Positions 36,110 through 46,120 of a DNA stretch of 64,000 nt are shown here, piece after piece. Source of the DNA: Candidatus Micrarchaeia archaeon (GTDB taxonomy: Archaea; Micrarchaeota; Micrarchaeia; Burarchaeales; Fermentimicrarchaeaceae); the NCBI GenBank assembly GCA_038871515.1, contig JAVZHX010000001.1, positions 224,001-288,000 on the forward strand, in the 5' to 3' direction. A model generated the notes under the pieces. It worked only from the letters and a program-made list of their open reading frames with translations. It was not told the origin of the DNA and searched no databases. Within the stretch, counting starts at the first letter, position 1. Every line of letters starts with the position of its first letter. Position numbers and translations under genes: made by a program.

Positions 36110-37082
36110 ATCTAATCCGATTCGTTCTCCTAGCCTTCGTCCCTCACTGTCGGACGCGTTTTGGCCAAGCGCCTTCGCCACTGGGAGTCCTCACAGGATT
36201 AACGGATTTTACCCCTACCCCGTGAGTACTCTTGGCCTCCCCCGCTCCCAAGCCCGCCAGTATTCTCTGCACTCCTTCGAGTTGAGCCCGAAGATTTCAC
36301 AGAGAACTTAGCAGGCCAGCTACGGACTCTTTAGGCCCAATATACGTGGATACCACTCGAGCTGCCGGTGTTACCGCGGCGGCTGTCACCGGTCTTACCC
36401 AGCTCTTATTCCACAAGCTCCTTAAGCTTGTGAAAAGATGCTCGCGTGGAGCATCACTCAGAATCCCCTCGTCACGCTTGCGCGCATTGCGAAGGTTTCG
36501 CGCCTGCTGCATCCCGTAGGACTGGAGCCCTTGTCTCAGTGCTCCTCTGGGGGCGCCAACTCCCATTGCCCCCACCGATTATCGGCTTGGTGGGCCGTTA
36601 CCCCACCAACTACCTAATCGGAAGCAGTCTCATCCTAAGGCGGAAATGGCTGCATTTCGCCATTCCTTTTGGGCTATGAAGCGTTCCAGCATCCATAGCC
36701 TATGTGGTATTAGCCTCAGTTTCCCGAGGTTATCCCCCTCCTTAGGGTAGATTGACTACTCGCTACTCAGCCGTACGCCACCCCTCCTAGCAGAAGGGGT
36801 AGACTTGCATGGCTTAGTCGGATTCTGATAGCAGTACCCTCCAGCAGGATCAACTGGAGTTTTTCACGTTTAGAGCACACTTCCGCAAGTTCGGCGTAAG
36901 CACCACTAATCGCTCACTTCTCCTGTTCTTGAAGCCTCAGTCAAACCCAAACCTGCTTGGATTTCCATCAGATTGTGTGCTATAGAGGAAAGGTATCTAT
37001 CACAGCACGAAATGAGAATTCGCGCTCCATTTACGCCGGAGTCTATAGCGTCCGCACGGCGAATAAAGATTATACACACTCT

Positions 37083-37100
37083 TATTTAAATACTTTACGG
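37083..37100 (-). promoter_or_regulatory. Putative rRNA operon promoter (BRE + TATA TTTAAATA)
   Basis: CCGTAAAGTA-TTTAAATA on the minus strand, about 220 nt upstream of the 16S 5' end. Confidence 0.65.
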
Positions 37101-37140
37101 TAGAAAAACCGTCGTGAAAGTTTTGGAATTTCTTTTTTAT

Positions 37141-37524
37141 TTATAAACATCTATCGCCGAGAAGAATGTATCTGAATTCCTCTCCCCTGCTGCATTTGTA
37201 TGCCCCGTATAATGCGTATAATGAAAGCAGTGAGTAAACAACAAATTCAATGCTCTTCACAAGCACCTCATCAACTTTCTGCGCTCTTCCATTTGGGGAG
37301 GGAAGCAGCATTATCAACTCTGCGGAGAAGGAGATGAGTAGAAGAAGAAGCAAAGAAAAAATTTGGTAGTATGCTGCTTGCTTTGCCTGAAATTCAGAGT
37401 ATTTTGTGTGTTTGACTGTTTTCCAAATTAGCAAAGGAAAAAGAAATGAGTAGCGAAAGAAAAAGCCAAACAGCATGCTTGCGTGTGCAAGGACTGCAAT
37501 TCTCACTGAGCGCCTGTCCATCAA
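37141..37524 (-). CDS. DUF4870-like small membrane protein
   Basis: AVLAH, FPLLIW, FQAKQA..YQ, GEEFRY..G. Confidence 0.75.
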   Translation of the reverse strand: MMDRRSVRIAVLAHASMLFGFFFRYSFLFPLLIWKTVKHTKYSEFQAKQAAYYQIFSLLLLLLISFSAELIMLLPSPNGRAQKVDEVLVKSIEFVVYSLLSLYALYGAYKCSRGEEFRYILLGDRCL

Positions 37525-37529
37525 ATCAG

Positions 37530-37916
37530 CTAAAGATAATCTTTCAATAATTCAGCTGCTTTCTCTGGTTTATTCACCTTCACTGCAAAAACTCCCTTGT
37601 TATCCTCCTTCCTCAAAAAAAGAACACTCCTTATGTTTATTCCTGCTTCTGCAAGAGTTAAAGCAACCTTTGCAAGCTCCCCTGGCTGATCCTCTATTTT
37701 CAAAAGTAGTGTATCTGAAACAGTAACCTTGAAGCCTGCCTTCTCAAGCAGCTGTATAGCTTCATTTTCTTTTGATGCAACCAGATGAATCACTGCGTTC
37801 TTTCCAACTGTTTCCACTCCAACTGAATCAATGTTTATGTTGCTGTCGCCAAGAATTTTTGAAATCTGCGCGAGCAAGCCAACTCTGTCCTTTGCAACAA
37901 TTATCAACTCTCTCAT
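37530..37916 (-). CDS. Tandem ACT domain protein
   Basis: DRVGLLAQI...NINI and DQPGELAKV...GINI. Confidence 0.88.
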   Translation of the reverse strand: MRELIIVAKDRVGLLAQISKILGDSNINIDSVGVETVGKNAVIHLVASKENEAIQLLEKAGFKVTVSDTLLLKIEDQPGELAKVALTLAEAGINIRSVLFLRKEDNKGVFAVKVNKPEKAAELLKDYL

Positions 37917-37964
37917 TTTTTCACCAAAAGGGAATTGGGGAGGATATGTTTATAAGAATATCCA

Positions 37965-38036
37965 AGCCCCAGGCGAGGATTGAACTCGCGACCTTTTGCT
38001 TACCACGCAAACGCTCTACCACTGAGCTACTGGGGC
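37965..38036 (-). tRNA. tRNA-Thr(GGT), no intron
   Basis: GCCCCAG/CTGGGGC; TTTGC-GTGGTAA-GCAAA. Confidence 0.94.
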
Positions 38037-38042
38037 GGTGTT

Positions 38043-39353
<1,311 letters not shown>

Positions 39354-39408
39354 TTACTCCTTTTAAATTAATAATATTGTTAAGTGTGGTTAAGTGCATG
39401 CGCATTTA

Positions 39409-39732
39409 TTAGTAGTTCAACGGGCAGTCGAGCGATTCTAATTGTGGTAACAATCCAAGCTGCAATATGTAATAGATTACGATGGGGGCAAAAACTGCAC
39501 TCACTATTGCAATTATTCCTGCAATAAGAAGTGACAACATCCAGAATGAAATTTTAGCTTTTGTTTGAGAGTTGAATTTGAGGCTGATAGAGTATAGTAA
39601 GGCTGCAAGGAGCCAGTGCACCAGAGCGAGATTCACGATGCCTCCAAGTAGTAATATAAGACACGGAATTTTGAATCCATTTGAGATCCAGTCGAATACA
39701 ACTTTGAGTATATAGCTAAACAGGAAGAGCAT
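39409..39732 (-). CDS. Hypothetical membrane protein
   Basis: 107-aa hydrophobic ORF. Confidence 0.5.
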   Translation of the reverse strand: MLFLFSYILKVVFDWISNGFKIPCLILLLGGIVNLALVHWLLAALLYSISLKFNSQTKAKISFWMLSLLIAGIIAIVSAVFAPIVIYYILQLGLLPQLESLDCPLNY

Positions 39733-39845
39733 AAAGCTTGTGAGTAAGATTTTTATGTCTTCTATAATCCTCTTGTTGATAGGACCACCAGTTTACATTT
39801 TGATGATGCGGTATTTAAAGAATTAGGATAATAATTAATTGTTCT

Positions 39846-40418
39846 GTGGGTGGTTGCTTGAGGTTTCCTCCAATAATGAGAAACTTGAAGAGAGGCCCGC
39901 AGGTTGTGCTTCCGAAGGATTTTGGGGTGGTGGTTGCTTTCACAGGAGTTGGAAGGAGAAGTGTTGTTGTTGATGCGGGAGCTGGAAGTGGTTTTCTTGC
40001 AGTTGCGCTTGGAAACGTGGCAAAAAAAGTAATCACTTACGAGAGAAGAAAGGAGTTTGCTGAGCTTGCTGAGAGGAATATAAAGAGAAGTGGTTTGAGG
40101 AATGTGAAGCTGAAGAGGAAGGATGTTTTCAAGGGAATTGATGAAAGGGAAGTTGATTTGGTAACACTTGACTTGGCGGATGCGGAAAAAGCTGTGAAGC
40201 ACGCAAAGAAAGCATTGAGGGAAGGCGGTTATGTAGTTGGTTTTCTGCCAAACATGGAGCAGGTTAAATCATTTGTCAAAGAGTTGGAGAGAAATAATTT
40301 TTCAGAAATTTTTACTTTGGAGTGCATAACAAGGGAAATTCTTGTGAGGGAGCAGGGGATGAGACCGGAGAACACTGGGCTGATGCACACTGTGTATTTA
40401 ACTTTTGGGAGGAAGTAG
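39846..40418 (+). CDS. trmI: tRNA (adenine-57/58-N1)-methyltransferase, lacking the N-terminal domain
   Basis: KRGPQVVLPKD, DAGAGSG, LDL, P.MEQV, MRP....HT.YL. Confidence 0.88.
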   Translation: MGGCLRFPPIMRNLKRGPQVVLPKDFGVVVAFTGVGRRSVVVDAGAGSGFLAVALGNVAKKVITYERRKEFAELAERNIKRSGLRNVKLKRKDVFKGIDEREVDLVTLDLADAEKAVKHAKKALREGGYVVGFLPNMEQVKSFVKELERNNFSEIFTLECITREILVREQGMRPENTGLMHTVYLTFGRK

Positions 40419-40952
40419 TTAAGGAAACTTCACCTCATGAACATTCTCATAAATCGGCCCTTCTGGAGTTAAAGTGCTTTTCTTCAATATTATTCTATCA
40501 ACTATGCACTCCCCAAATTCACTTTGGGAGTTTTCTTCCAAAAATTCATTAAGCGCCCCTTTATCTTTCAGAAATTTCACCCTTGCAAGCGTTATGTGAG
40601 GTGAAAACTCCTCCTTCTTAAAACCAAGCTGGGAAAGTTCCTTTCCAAGCTCTGAGTGTATTTTTTTAAGCTCGGGCGCTTCAACACCAACCCAGATAAC
40701 TCTTATGTAGTTTCTGCTTGGAAATGCACCAACTCCCCTGCAACTAACCTCAAACTTGCCGAAGTTCATTTTGTTCATTGCTTGAATAACCCTCTCTTTC
40801 ATTCTCTCATCAATTTCCCCAAGGAAGAAAAGAGTTAGATGTAAATTTTCTTTTTCAACAAGCTTCACCCCTTCAATTGAGAGATTCTTCTGAAGTGTTG
40901 CGATTTTTTCCCTTAACTCATCGCTCACCTCAACTGCAATGAAAGCACGCAT
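40419..40952 (-). CDS. thpR: RNA 2',3'-cyclic phosphodiesterase (2H family)
   Basis: MRAFIA, HLTL.FLG, PHITLAR, STLTPEGPIY. Confidence 0.93.
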   Translation of the reverse strand: MRAFIAVEVSDELREKIATLQKNLSIEGVKLVEKENLHLTLFFLGEIDERMKERVIQAMNKMNFGKFEVSCRGVGAFPSRNYIRVIWVGVEAPELKKIHSELGKELSQLGFKKEEFSPHITLARVKFLKDKGALNEFLEENSQSEFGECIVDRIILKKSTLTPEGPIYENVHEVKFP

Positions 40953-40987
40953 AGTATTTTTAAATGAAGCACAAATATAAGAGGGTT

Positions 40988-41536
40988 ATGATTGTGATTG
41001 GAGTTGCTGGTTTGCGTGCTGCCGGAAAGAGCATAGTGAACGAAGTTGCAAAGGAGTTCGGAGTTAACTCTGTTGAGATGAGAAGCGTTGTTGTTGAGAT
41101 GATGAAGGAGAAGGGAATTGAGATAACGAACAGGAGTTTAAGGGAGTTTGCAGATGAGCTTCGGAGGAAGGAGGGGTATGACGTTGTTGCTAGGAAGATG
41201 ATTGAGAGAATTAGAAAAATGAAAGAAAAAGCAATTGTTGTGAATGGGATAAGGGGGTATGAGGAGGTGAGGAGGTTTAAGGAGGCGTTTGGAGATAATT
41301 TTGTTCTGATTGGAGTTTTTGCTCCTCAAAAGATGAGGTTTGAAAGGGTGATTAAAAGAAATCTGCCAGAGGATCCGAAGAGCTGGGAGGAGTTTGTATG
41401 GGCTGATGAGAAGGAGCTTGGGTGGGGGACGGCAGATTCGTTTGCGTTTTCGGATTACATGGTTGTTAATATAGGGACAAGGGAGGAGATGGGGGAGCAG
41501 GTGAGAGGAATTTTTAAGAGAATTATCAGGGGATAG
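40988..41536 (+). CDS. UPF0200/dephospho-CoA kinase-like P-loop protein
   Basis: GLRAAGKS, GIRG.EEV..F, RFER...R, D..E..WG. Confidence 0.8.
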   Translation: MIVIGVAGLRAAGKSIVNEVAKEFGVNSVEMRSVVVEMMKEKGIEITNRSLREFADELRRKEGYDVVARKMIERIRKMKEKAIVVNGIRGYEEVRRFKEAFGDNFVLIGVFAPQKMRFERVIKRNLPEDPKSWEEFVWADEKELGWGTADSFAFSDYMVVNIGTREEMGEQVRGIFKRIIRG

Positions 41537-41568
41537 GTTTTTATTGAACTTTTGAGATATGTGGTTAT

Positions 41569-42402
41569 ATGAGAAAAGAATTGTTGGTAATTTTAGTTTT
41601 GATGCTTGCGGTGAATGCAACCTATCTTAATATTAGGGAGCCGGTTATTTCAAGTGGTATGAGCGATGGAAGCAGTTTGTATATAGGAATTGCTGCTCCT
41701 GGCCAGACTGTTTACGTTGTTGCTGAAAGGGCAACGATAGACGCAGCAGGTGAGAGTATAAATTATATGGGGTGGGATAAGCTTGCTGTTGAGGGTTTGC
41801 CTCCTGGTTGGGTTGGTGAGGATAGCCCATGGTATGAAACTCCAATGAAAGCAAAAATAAGGATAGCACCTGATGCAGCAGATGGGAGGTATGTTTTCAA
41901 AATAAAAGCGGTTGATGAAGGAAACTATGATGGGTTAGGTGAGTTAACAATAAATGTTTCTGTTGCTGTGAGCAAGGAAGTTTTCAATATAGATGTTACT
42001 CCTTTAACTGTTGAGACTGGTGTTGGGCAACCCGGTGTTTATTACATAGATATAGAGAATATGGGGGCTGCAAGCGATACGTTCAGAATAAAATCGTCTG
42101 GGGTTCCTGCATGGAGGTTCAGCAAGGATGTGCTTGTTCCGCATGCGGTTGACCCAAGTTTGGCTGCGAAGAAAACTGTTCCGTATGAGGTTGTTTTGAA
42201 TGAGCAGAGCGAGGTGGATGTTCACATAAATGTCACTTCACTCTCAAGCGAGCAGATAAGCAGAGAGATGAGAGTGAGGTTGATTGCAAAGCCGTCTTTA
42301 ATTTCGGATTATAGGGCAACTGGGCATGGTTTGCTGGTTTTCCCGCTTGTGGAAAGCCCAATTTACTCATTAATGGCTTTCTTCTCAAAACTGCTGCTTT
42401 AG
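41569..42402 (+). CDS. Hypothetical secreted protein with Ig-like beta segments and a C-terminal anchor
   Basis: Signal peptide; I.N.G...DTF motif; hydrophobic C-terminus. Confidence 0.65.
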   Translation: MRKELLVILVLMLAVNATYLNIREPVISSGMSDGSSLYIGIAAPGQTVYVVAERATIDAAGESINYMGWDKLAVEGLPPGWVGEDSPWYETPMKAKIRIAPDAADGRYVFKIKAVDEGNYDGLGELTINVSVAVSKEVFNIDVTPLTVETGVGQPGVYYIDIENMGAASDTFRIKSSGVPAWRFSKDVLVPHAVDPSLAAKKTVPYEVVLNEQSEVDVHINVTSLSSEQISREMRVRLIAKPSLISDYRATGHGLLVFPLVESPIYSLMAFFSKLLL

Positions 42403-42411
42403 GTGGGTTGG

Positions 42412-44001
42412 ATGAGTTTTTATAATGAGGAGGGGAGTGTTGAGAAGGCAGGCAGAGAGGTTGCAGAGCTTTTGCTTGCTGGAAAGATAAAAAATAAAGG
42501 TGAGCTTTGGGAGGCGAAGGTTAAAGCAAGCGAGAAGCATGGTGTTGCTGGCGTGATAAAAAACTCAGAGATAATTAAATGGATACCTGCTGAGAGGAGG
42601 AAGGAGTTTGCTGAGCTGGTTAGAATAAGGGCGGTGAGAACAATCTCTGGGGTGAATGTTATAGCAGTTATGACAAGAGGTGAGTGCCCCGGAAAATGCA
42701 TTTACTGTCCAAGGGGGGAGAATGCACCGAAAAGCTATACGGGGAGGGAGCCTGCTGCAATGAGGGCAATTCAAAACGAATATGACCCGTTCAAGCAGGT
42801 TGTTTCAAGGGTGAAACAGCTTGAGGAGATTGGGCACAGGGTGAGCAAATGCGAGCTGATTATAATGGGTGGAACTTTCAATTCAATGCCGAAGGAGTAT
42901 CAGGAGTGGTTTGTTAAGAGATGTTTTGATGCGATGAATGGGTTTGATTCAGAAAGTTTGGAGGAAGCAAAAGAAAGGAATGAGAACGCTGAGAGGAGGG
43001 TTGTTGGTTTAACAATTGAGACAAGGCCGGATTGGGCAGGCGAGAGAGAGGTTGATGAACTGCTTCGCTACGGCACAACGAGAGTTGAGCTGGGAGTGCA
43101 GACGCTGGATGAGGAGGTTTATAAAAAGGTTAACAGAGGGCATGGTTTAAAGGAGGTTGTTGAGGCAACAAGGGTATGTAAAGACTCGCTTCTGAAAGTT
43201 CTTTACCACATGATGCCTGGCTTGTTTTCTGATAAAGAGAGTGATTTGAGAAATTTCAGAGCTATTTTTGAGGATGAGAGGTTCAAGCCAGATATGCTGA
43301 AAATATATCCTTGTTTGGTGATGGAAGGAACTGAGTTATATGAGATGTGGAGGAGGGGGGAGTTCAAACCATATTCCCTTGAGGAGGCTGCGGATGTGAT
43401 TGCAGAGGTTATGAGAAGCATACCTCGCTACGTAAGGGTGATGAGGGTGCAGAGGGATATTCCTTCTTATTTGATTGCGGATGGAGTGAAAAAAAGCAAT
43501 TTGAGGCAGATTGTTGAGAGGAAGCTTGCTGAGCAAGGGATGCGGTGCAACTGCATAAGGTGCAGGGAGATAGGTTATAAAATTATGAAAGAGGGTATAG
43601 AGCCGGAGTTGGAAAGTGTTAAGTTGAACAGAATTGATTATGATGCTTCTGGAGGTAAGGAGATTTTTCTGAGTTTTGATGAGATGAAGCATGATGCGCT
43701 TGTTGGTTTTTTGAGGTTGAGGATTTTGTCTGAAAAGGCGCATAGAAAGGAGCTGAGGGGAGCTGCGGGAGTGAGGGAGCTTCATGTTTATGGGGAGATG
43801 CTTCCTGTCGGAGAGAAAAGAGTTAGTGAGTTTCAGCACATGGGGTTTGGGGAGAGGTTGCTTGAGGAAGCTGAGAGAGTTGCGAGGGAGGAGTTTGACT
43901 GCAGGAAGCTTGCGGTGATAAGCGGTGTTGGCGCTAGGGAGTATTACTTTAAGTTGGGTTATAAAAGAGATGGGGTGTATGTTTCAAAGGAGCTGGGGTA
44001 A
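42412..44001 (+). CDS. elp3: tRNA uridine(34) acetyltransferase Elp3 (radical SAM + KAT)
   Basis: CPGKCIYCP, ETRPD, VELGVQ, RELHVYG, QH.G.G..LL, GVGAREY. Confidence 0.97.
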   Translation: MSFYNEEGSVEKAGREVAELLLAGKIKNKGELWEAKVKASEKHGVAGVIKNSEIIKWIPAERRKEFAELVRIRAVRTISGVNVIAVMTRGECPGKCIYCPRGENAPKSYTGREPAAMRAIQNEYDPFKQVVSRVKQLEEIGHRVSKCELIIMGGTFNSMPKEYQEWFVKRCFDAMNGFDSESLEEAKERNENAERRVVGLTIETRPDWAGEREVDELLRYGTTRVELGVQTLDEEVYKKVNRGHGLKEVVEATRVCKDSLLKVLYHMMPGLFSDKESDLRNFRAIFEDERFKPDMLKIYPCLVMEGTELYEMWRRGEFKPYSLEEAADVIAEVMRSIPRYVRVMRVQRDIPSYLIADGVKKSNLRQIVERKLAEQGMRCNCIRCREIGYKIMKEGIEPELESVKLNRIDYDASGGKEIFLSFDEMKHDALVGFLRLRILSEKAHRKELRGAAGVRELHVYGEMLPVGEKRVSEFQHMGFGERLLEEAERVAREEFDCRKLAVISGVGAREYYFKLGYKRDGVYVSKELG

Positions 44002-44046
44002 AAGGACAGTTCTTCAATCTAGAGGATAGAAATGGATATAAACATA

Positions 44047-44078
44047 TGCTAACAAAAATTTGTTAGCAATTGTTAGCA
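44047..44078. promoter_or_regulatory. Inverted repeat TGCTAACAAA-AA-TTTGTTAGCA plus an extra half-site, candidate operator
   Basis: Lies between the TATA-like box and the start of the ATPase-wHTH gene; the half-site recurs at 45245-45288. Confidence 0.55.
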
Positions 44079-44087
44079 GGTTTTGAT

Positions 44088-45251
44088 ATGGTAAATCCCT
44101 TTACACCTGGTAACGGTATAGAGCCTCGATACTTGGCTGGCAGAGAGAGGCATATCGGTGAATTCATAAAATCTCTCCAAGCATCTGAAGATGGTTTACC
44201 AAGAAATATGGTTCTCTACGGTTTGCGTGGGACTGGAAAAACAGTGCTTTTAAGGCATTATGGGATAATTGCAGAAACAAAAAACTGGGTTTTTGTGGAT
44301 AGAGAGTTTAATGAAAGATACTGTGACGAAGCAGAGTTTGCCCAGATGTTTGGAAAAGATTTGGTGACATTAGCTTCAGAAGTTTCAATAAAAAAGAGGA
44401 TAACGGAAACTGGGAAAAAGATTCTGGATTTCCTAAAACCAGAGGAGCTGAGTGCTTATGGCATTAGATATAGGCCATATTACGAGGATCGCGAAGGGAT
44501 TCTGGAGGATTATATAAGGGAGATGCTCCAATCGAACTGGTCTATTTTTGAAAAAGCGGACAAGAAAGGCGTGGTGTTTTTTTATGATGAATTCCACTCA
44601 ATAAAAGACAGAAAAGAAGAGAAGCAGTACGTTCTATCCAGCCTTCTAGGTGCGTTATCCAGAGTTCAAAGAGAAGGGTATAGGTATTACCTGTGCCTTT
44701 CTGGTCTCCCAGCTATAAAAACGAATTTAAAAGAGGCCAAAACATATTCGGAGAGAATGTTTATTTTTCAGGATGTGGGAAACCTAAACCGCGAGGAATC
44801 AAGAAAAGCCTTGCTCGAACCGCTTAGTAAAACTCATTATAGTTTTGAGAATGAACTGGTAGATAGAATAATTGATGAAACAAAAGGCTATCCGTACTTT
44901 ATCCAGTTTTATGGCTACTTCCTGGTTGATGCTGTTGGTAGGAAGAGTATAAAACTTGGGGATTTGGAAACAAACAAAAATAAACTACTTGAGATGCTTG
45001 ATAAAAGCTTTTTTGAGGATAGGTTTAACCTGGCTTCAGAAACTGAAAAAAAGGTTCTTGTATCTATGGCAAAATGTGGGGGTGATAAGGTAAGCGCAGC
45101 CCAACTTAAGAAAAAGGTGAGGATGAGCTATAAGTCTCTTCAGCAATACCTGTTTAGATTAATAGATAAGGGTTTAATTTATAGGGCTCAGAGGGGCTTC
45201 TATTCGTTTTCCATACCTTTATTTAGGGATTATCTTCTAAGACAAAGCTAA
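44088..45251 (+). CDS. AAA/STAND-like ATPase with C-terminal winged HTH
   Basis: NPFTPG, LAGRE, GLRGTGKT, FFYDEFH, GYPYFIQ, L..KGLIYR..RG.Y.F..PLF. Confidence 0.9.
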   Translation: MVNPFTPGNGIEPRYLAGRERHIGEFIKSLQASEDGLPRNMVLYGLRGTGKTVLLRHYGIIAETKNWVFVDREFNERYCDEAEFAQMFGKDLVTLASEVSIKKRITETGKKILDFLKPEELSAYGIRYRPYYEDREGILEDYIREMLQSNWSIFEKADKKGVVFFYDEFHSIKDRKEEKQYVLSSLLGALSRVQREGYRYYLCLSGLPAIKTNLKEAKTYSERMFIFQDVGNLNREESRKALLEPLSKTHYSFENELVDRIIDETKGYPYFIQFYGYFLVDAVGRKSIKLGDLETNKNKLLEMLDKSFFEDRFNLASETEKKVLVSMAKCGGDKVSAAQLKKKVRMSYKSLQQYLFRLIDKGLIYRAQRGFYSFSIPLFRDYLLRQS

Positions 45252-45352
45252 CAAATACTAACATGCTCTTGTTATTCTTTGTTAGCTTCAAGTTTTTTAT
45301 CACCTGAACACGCTGCTCAATACTGGGGTGGTTTATTAAAGGAGAGTGTCAA

Positions 45353-45420
45353 GCTTGTTGGTTTTTTGAGGTTAAGAATTCTTTCTGAAGAGGCGCATAG
45401 GGAGGAGCTGAAGGAAGCTG
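45353..45420 (+). pseudogene. 68-bp diverged fragment of elp3 (matches 43698-43765)
   Basis: 59/68 identical by manual alignment; encodes LVGFLRLRILSEEAHREELKEA. Confidence 0.85.
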
Positions 45421-45453
45421 GGGTAATTAATTTATTTAAAGTGTAAAAGAATT

Positions 45454-45942
45454 ATGGAGTACGGAAGTTATAAGCTGCCTTGGAATAAGAGAAAGGTTGT
45501 TGTTCCTTTGCTGTTTACCGCTCTGCTCATTCTCTTTACTCTGGGTGCTCCTAACGAATTGCGAACGAAGGAAGTTGCAGTTCTTGGGTTGCTCTTTCTT
45601 CTACTTCTTGTCTCTCTCTTCTATTGTTCTCAGAGGGTAAAGGATTATGTGTATGAGGAAAGCTATGAGTGGATTAAAAGAAATATAAACTGCCCTGTTT
45701 GTGGAGGGAAGATAACGAGATGTGAGAACGTATGGGGAGGCAGAGGTGGAGATATCTATGAGTTGCAGTGCGGGAATTGTAGGAAGGAGTTTATACTTAC
45801 TCCTAAATTTGGTCGCTCTGGGCTTGTGCTTCAGGATAAAGCACCTGGAGCTTCTGCGAAAGTCTTGACACTGATATTTTTGATATCGATCGTGGTGATT
45901 GCAGTTATTGTTGTTTACTTTTTATTAAAAGGTAAGTGGTGA
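45454..45942 (+). CDS. Membrane protein with Zn ribbon (2TM-CxxC..CxxC-TM)
   Basis: NCPVCGG...QCGNC; paralog of 51749-52324. Confidence 0.75.
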   Translation: MEYGSYKLPWNKRKVVVPLLFTALLILFTLGAPNELRTKEVAVLGLLFLLLLVSLFYCSQRVKDYVYEESYEWIKRNINCPVCGGKITRCENVWGGRGGDIYELQCGNCRKEFILTPKFGRSGLVLQDKAPGASAKVLTLIFLISIVVIAVIVVYFLLKGKW

Positions 45943-45959
45943 GCGCTTTATGGTTGGGA

Positions 45960-45975
45960 TGTAACCATGGTTACA
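45960..45975. promoter_or_regulatory. Perfect 16-bp palindrome TGTAACCATGGTTACA (copy 2)
   Basis: Identical to the core at 14042-14057; intergenic, upstream of gatD. Confidence 0.55.
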
Positions 45976-46120
45976 AATGAAAGAGAGTTGATGTGGTGAA
46001 TGGTGAATTTTCAATAAAGGCGTTTGCACAGATAAGCGAGGATAAAGTTTCGATAGTTGGGGGGTTCTACGCAAATTTAGATATGGGGTATAATAATAAG
46101 GAAGATGAAAAGGTGATAAT

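Larger units (their letters stand above)
33101..36860 (-). rRNA. 16S rRNA gene interrupted by 10 introns (about 1495 nt after splicing)
   Basis: 5' ACTCCAGTTGATCCTGC, 530 loop, GTAACAAGGTA, 3' GATCACCTCCT. Confidence 0.97.
33017..36938 (-). repeat. 16S pre-rRNA processing stem (inverted repeat arms at about 33017-33045 and 36911-36938) with BHB
   Basis: GAGGCTTCAAGAACA GGAG AAG TGAGC pairs with GCTCA CTCT TAA TGTTCTTGAAGCCTC. Confidence 0.85.

Noticed and set aside
26976..36679. Many short ORFs over rRNA exons in the ORF track
   Set aside because: They overlap conserved rRNA and have no protein motifs.
37965..38036. G at position 32 of tRNA-Thr(GGT) as a sign of a pseudogene
   Set aside because: All stems pair correctly; a single loop variant is insufficient.
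40419..40952. ThpR as a dedicated intron ligase linked to the rRNA operon
   Set aside because: It is a widespread housekeeping 2H enzyme, RtcB is the established splicing ligase, and proximity alone is not evidence.
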